Shown: in pieces, positions 63,130 to 64,000 of the stretch
How the letters are laid out: every line of letters begins with the position of its first letter
Numbering within the stretch: the first letter of the stretch is position 1
Source of the DNA: Octopus vulgaris
Taxonomy: Eukaryota
Assembly: GCA_951406725.2 (NCBI GenBank)
Contig: OX597822.1
Location: forward strand, 60,078,001 to 60,142,000
DNA length: 64,000 nt
Direction: 5' to 3'
Made by a program: the position numbers and the translations under genes
Notes under the pieces: generated by a model
The model's database searches: none
The model's input: only the letters and a program-made list of their open reading frames with translations
What the model was told of the DNA's origin: nothing

Positions 63130-64000
63130 TGTGGTCTTGCATGGTGGTGAAATGTAGGTCTTAAATATAGAAGAATGAGAAACATAAAGCAACCACATTC
63201 CTGAGGATGTGTAAGTTAGCGTGCCTGATCAGTAGAAGACAGATGAAATGAGAGAAACTGGATAAAGAGGAATCAGATGTTGTGTGCAAGAGGGAAACAG
63301 CACTGGTGTGGGCACTTGATGCATATAGAGAACGTTTGGTGCCAGCGCAATTGAAATAGATGGAACCTGCTGCAGAGGGAAACCTAGTAAGATATGAGAC
63401 AAAGTTGTGAAGACTAATCCCAAAAAGCAGAACCTCACAAAACAGATGACAAAAAACTGTGGTGACAAGTACTAGGGGAGATATGCCCACCCAAAATCAA
63501 ATTCAATGACTGGCATCTGTGCTAGCGGGATGCAAAGAGCACCATACGAGTGTGATCGTTGATAGAGCGGCTAACTGGCTTCCATGCCGGTAGCACATAA
63601 AAGGCACCATTCGAGTGTGATCATTACCAGCGTCGCCTTACTGGCACTTGAGCCCCATGCTAGTAGGGTGCTAAGAGCACCATCCAAGCGTGATCATTGC
63701 CAGAGCGGCTAACTGGTTTCCATGCCAGTGGCATGTAAAAAGCACCATTCGAGTGTGATCGTTACCAGCATCGCCTTACTGGCACCTGTGCCGGTGGCAT
63801 GTGTAGAAAGATTCGAGCGAGGTTGTTGCCAGTACCGCCTGGCTGGCTCCCATGCTGGTGGCACATAAAAGCACCCACTACACTCTCGGAGTGGTTGGCA
63901 TTAGGAAGGGCATCCAGCTGTAGAAACTCTGCCAGATCAAGATTGGAGCCTGGTGCAGCCATCTGGTTCGCCAGCCCTCAGTCAAATCGTCCAACCCATG
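63130..64000 (+). mobile_element. RTE LINE 3' end: old coding remnant plus well-preserved repeat-bearing 3' UTR, running off the window
   Basis: 63493-64000 matches 21395-21903; 63150-63480 resembles the RTE C-terminus (GTCCRGKP.K). Confidence 0.85.

Noticed and set aside
63508-63875. Regularly spaced repeats that look superficially like a CRISPR array
   Set aside because: Both alternating units are repeated (no unique spacers), they belong to an RTE 3' UTR, the context is eukaryotic and there are no cas genes

Overview
AT-rich, repeat-dense animal DNA. The SINE, RTE, R4/Dong and Penelope repeat families look octopod (Octopus sp.; inferred, not searched). The backbone is one intron-rich minus-strand gene that the ORF track almost entirely misses: a kinesin-3 motor of the KIF28/KLP-6 type. 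I reconstructed 20 phase-compatible GT-AG exons from 57413 down to 1808 (779 codons: motor switch I/II, neck coil, FHA, KIF1B-like region, C2-like region, C-terminal coil), plus a probable further exon running off the left edge. I did not find the N-terminal P-loop exons in the window. The introns hold mariner/Tc1 relics, hAT, piggyBac and Merlin-like MITEs with verifiable target-site duplications, RTE, CR1 and R4/Dong LINEs, two SINE families, microsatellites and Penelope-like elements. The most notable signals are: minimal hammerhead ribozyme motifs in the Penelope-like repeats, one near-intact and in the sense of the kinesin pre-mRNA; long fold-back elements next to exons, which are candidate ADAR substrates; an R4/Dong LINE whose 3' end appears to seed (CATA)n microsatellites; a PYRDS-to-PYMDS change in the motor; and a CpG-retaining island at about 59.7-61.9 kb. 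All calls were made by eye, and repeat boundaries without a TSD are approximate.
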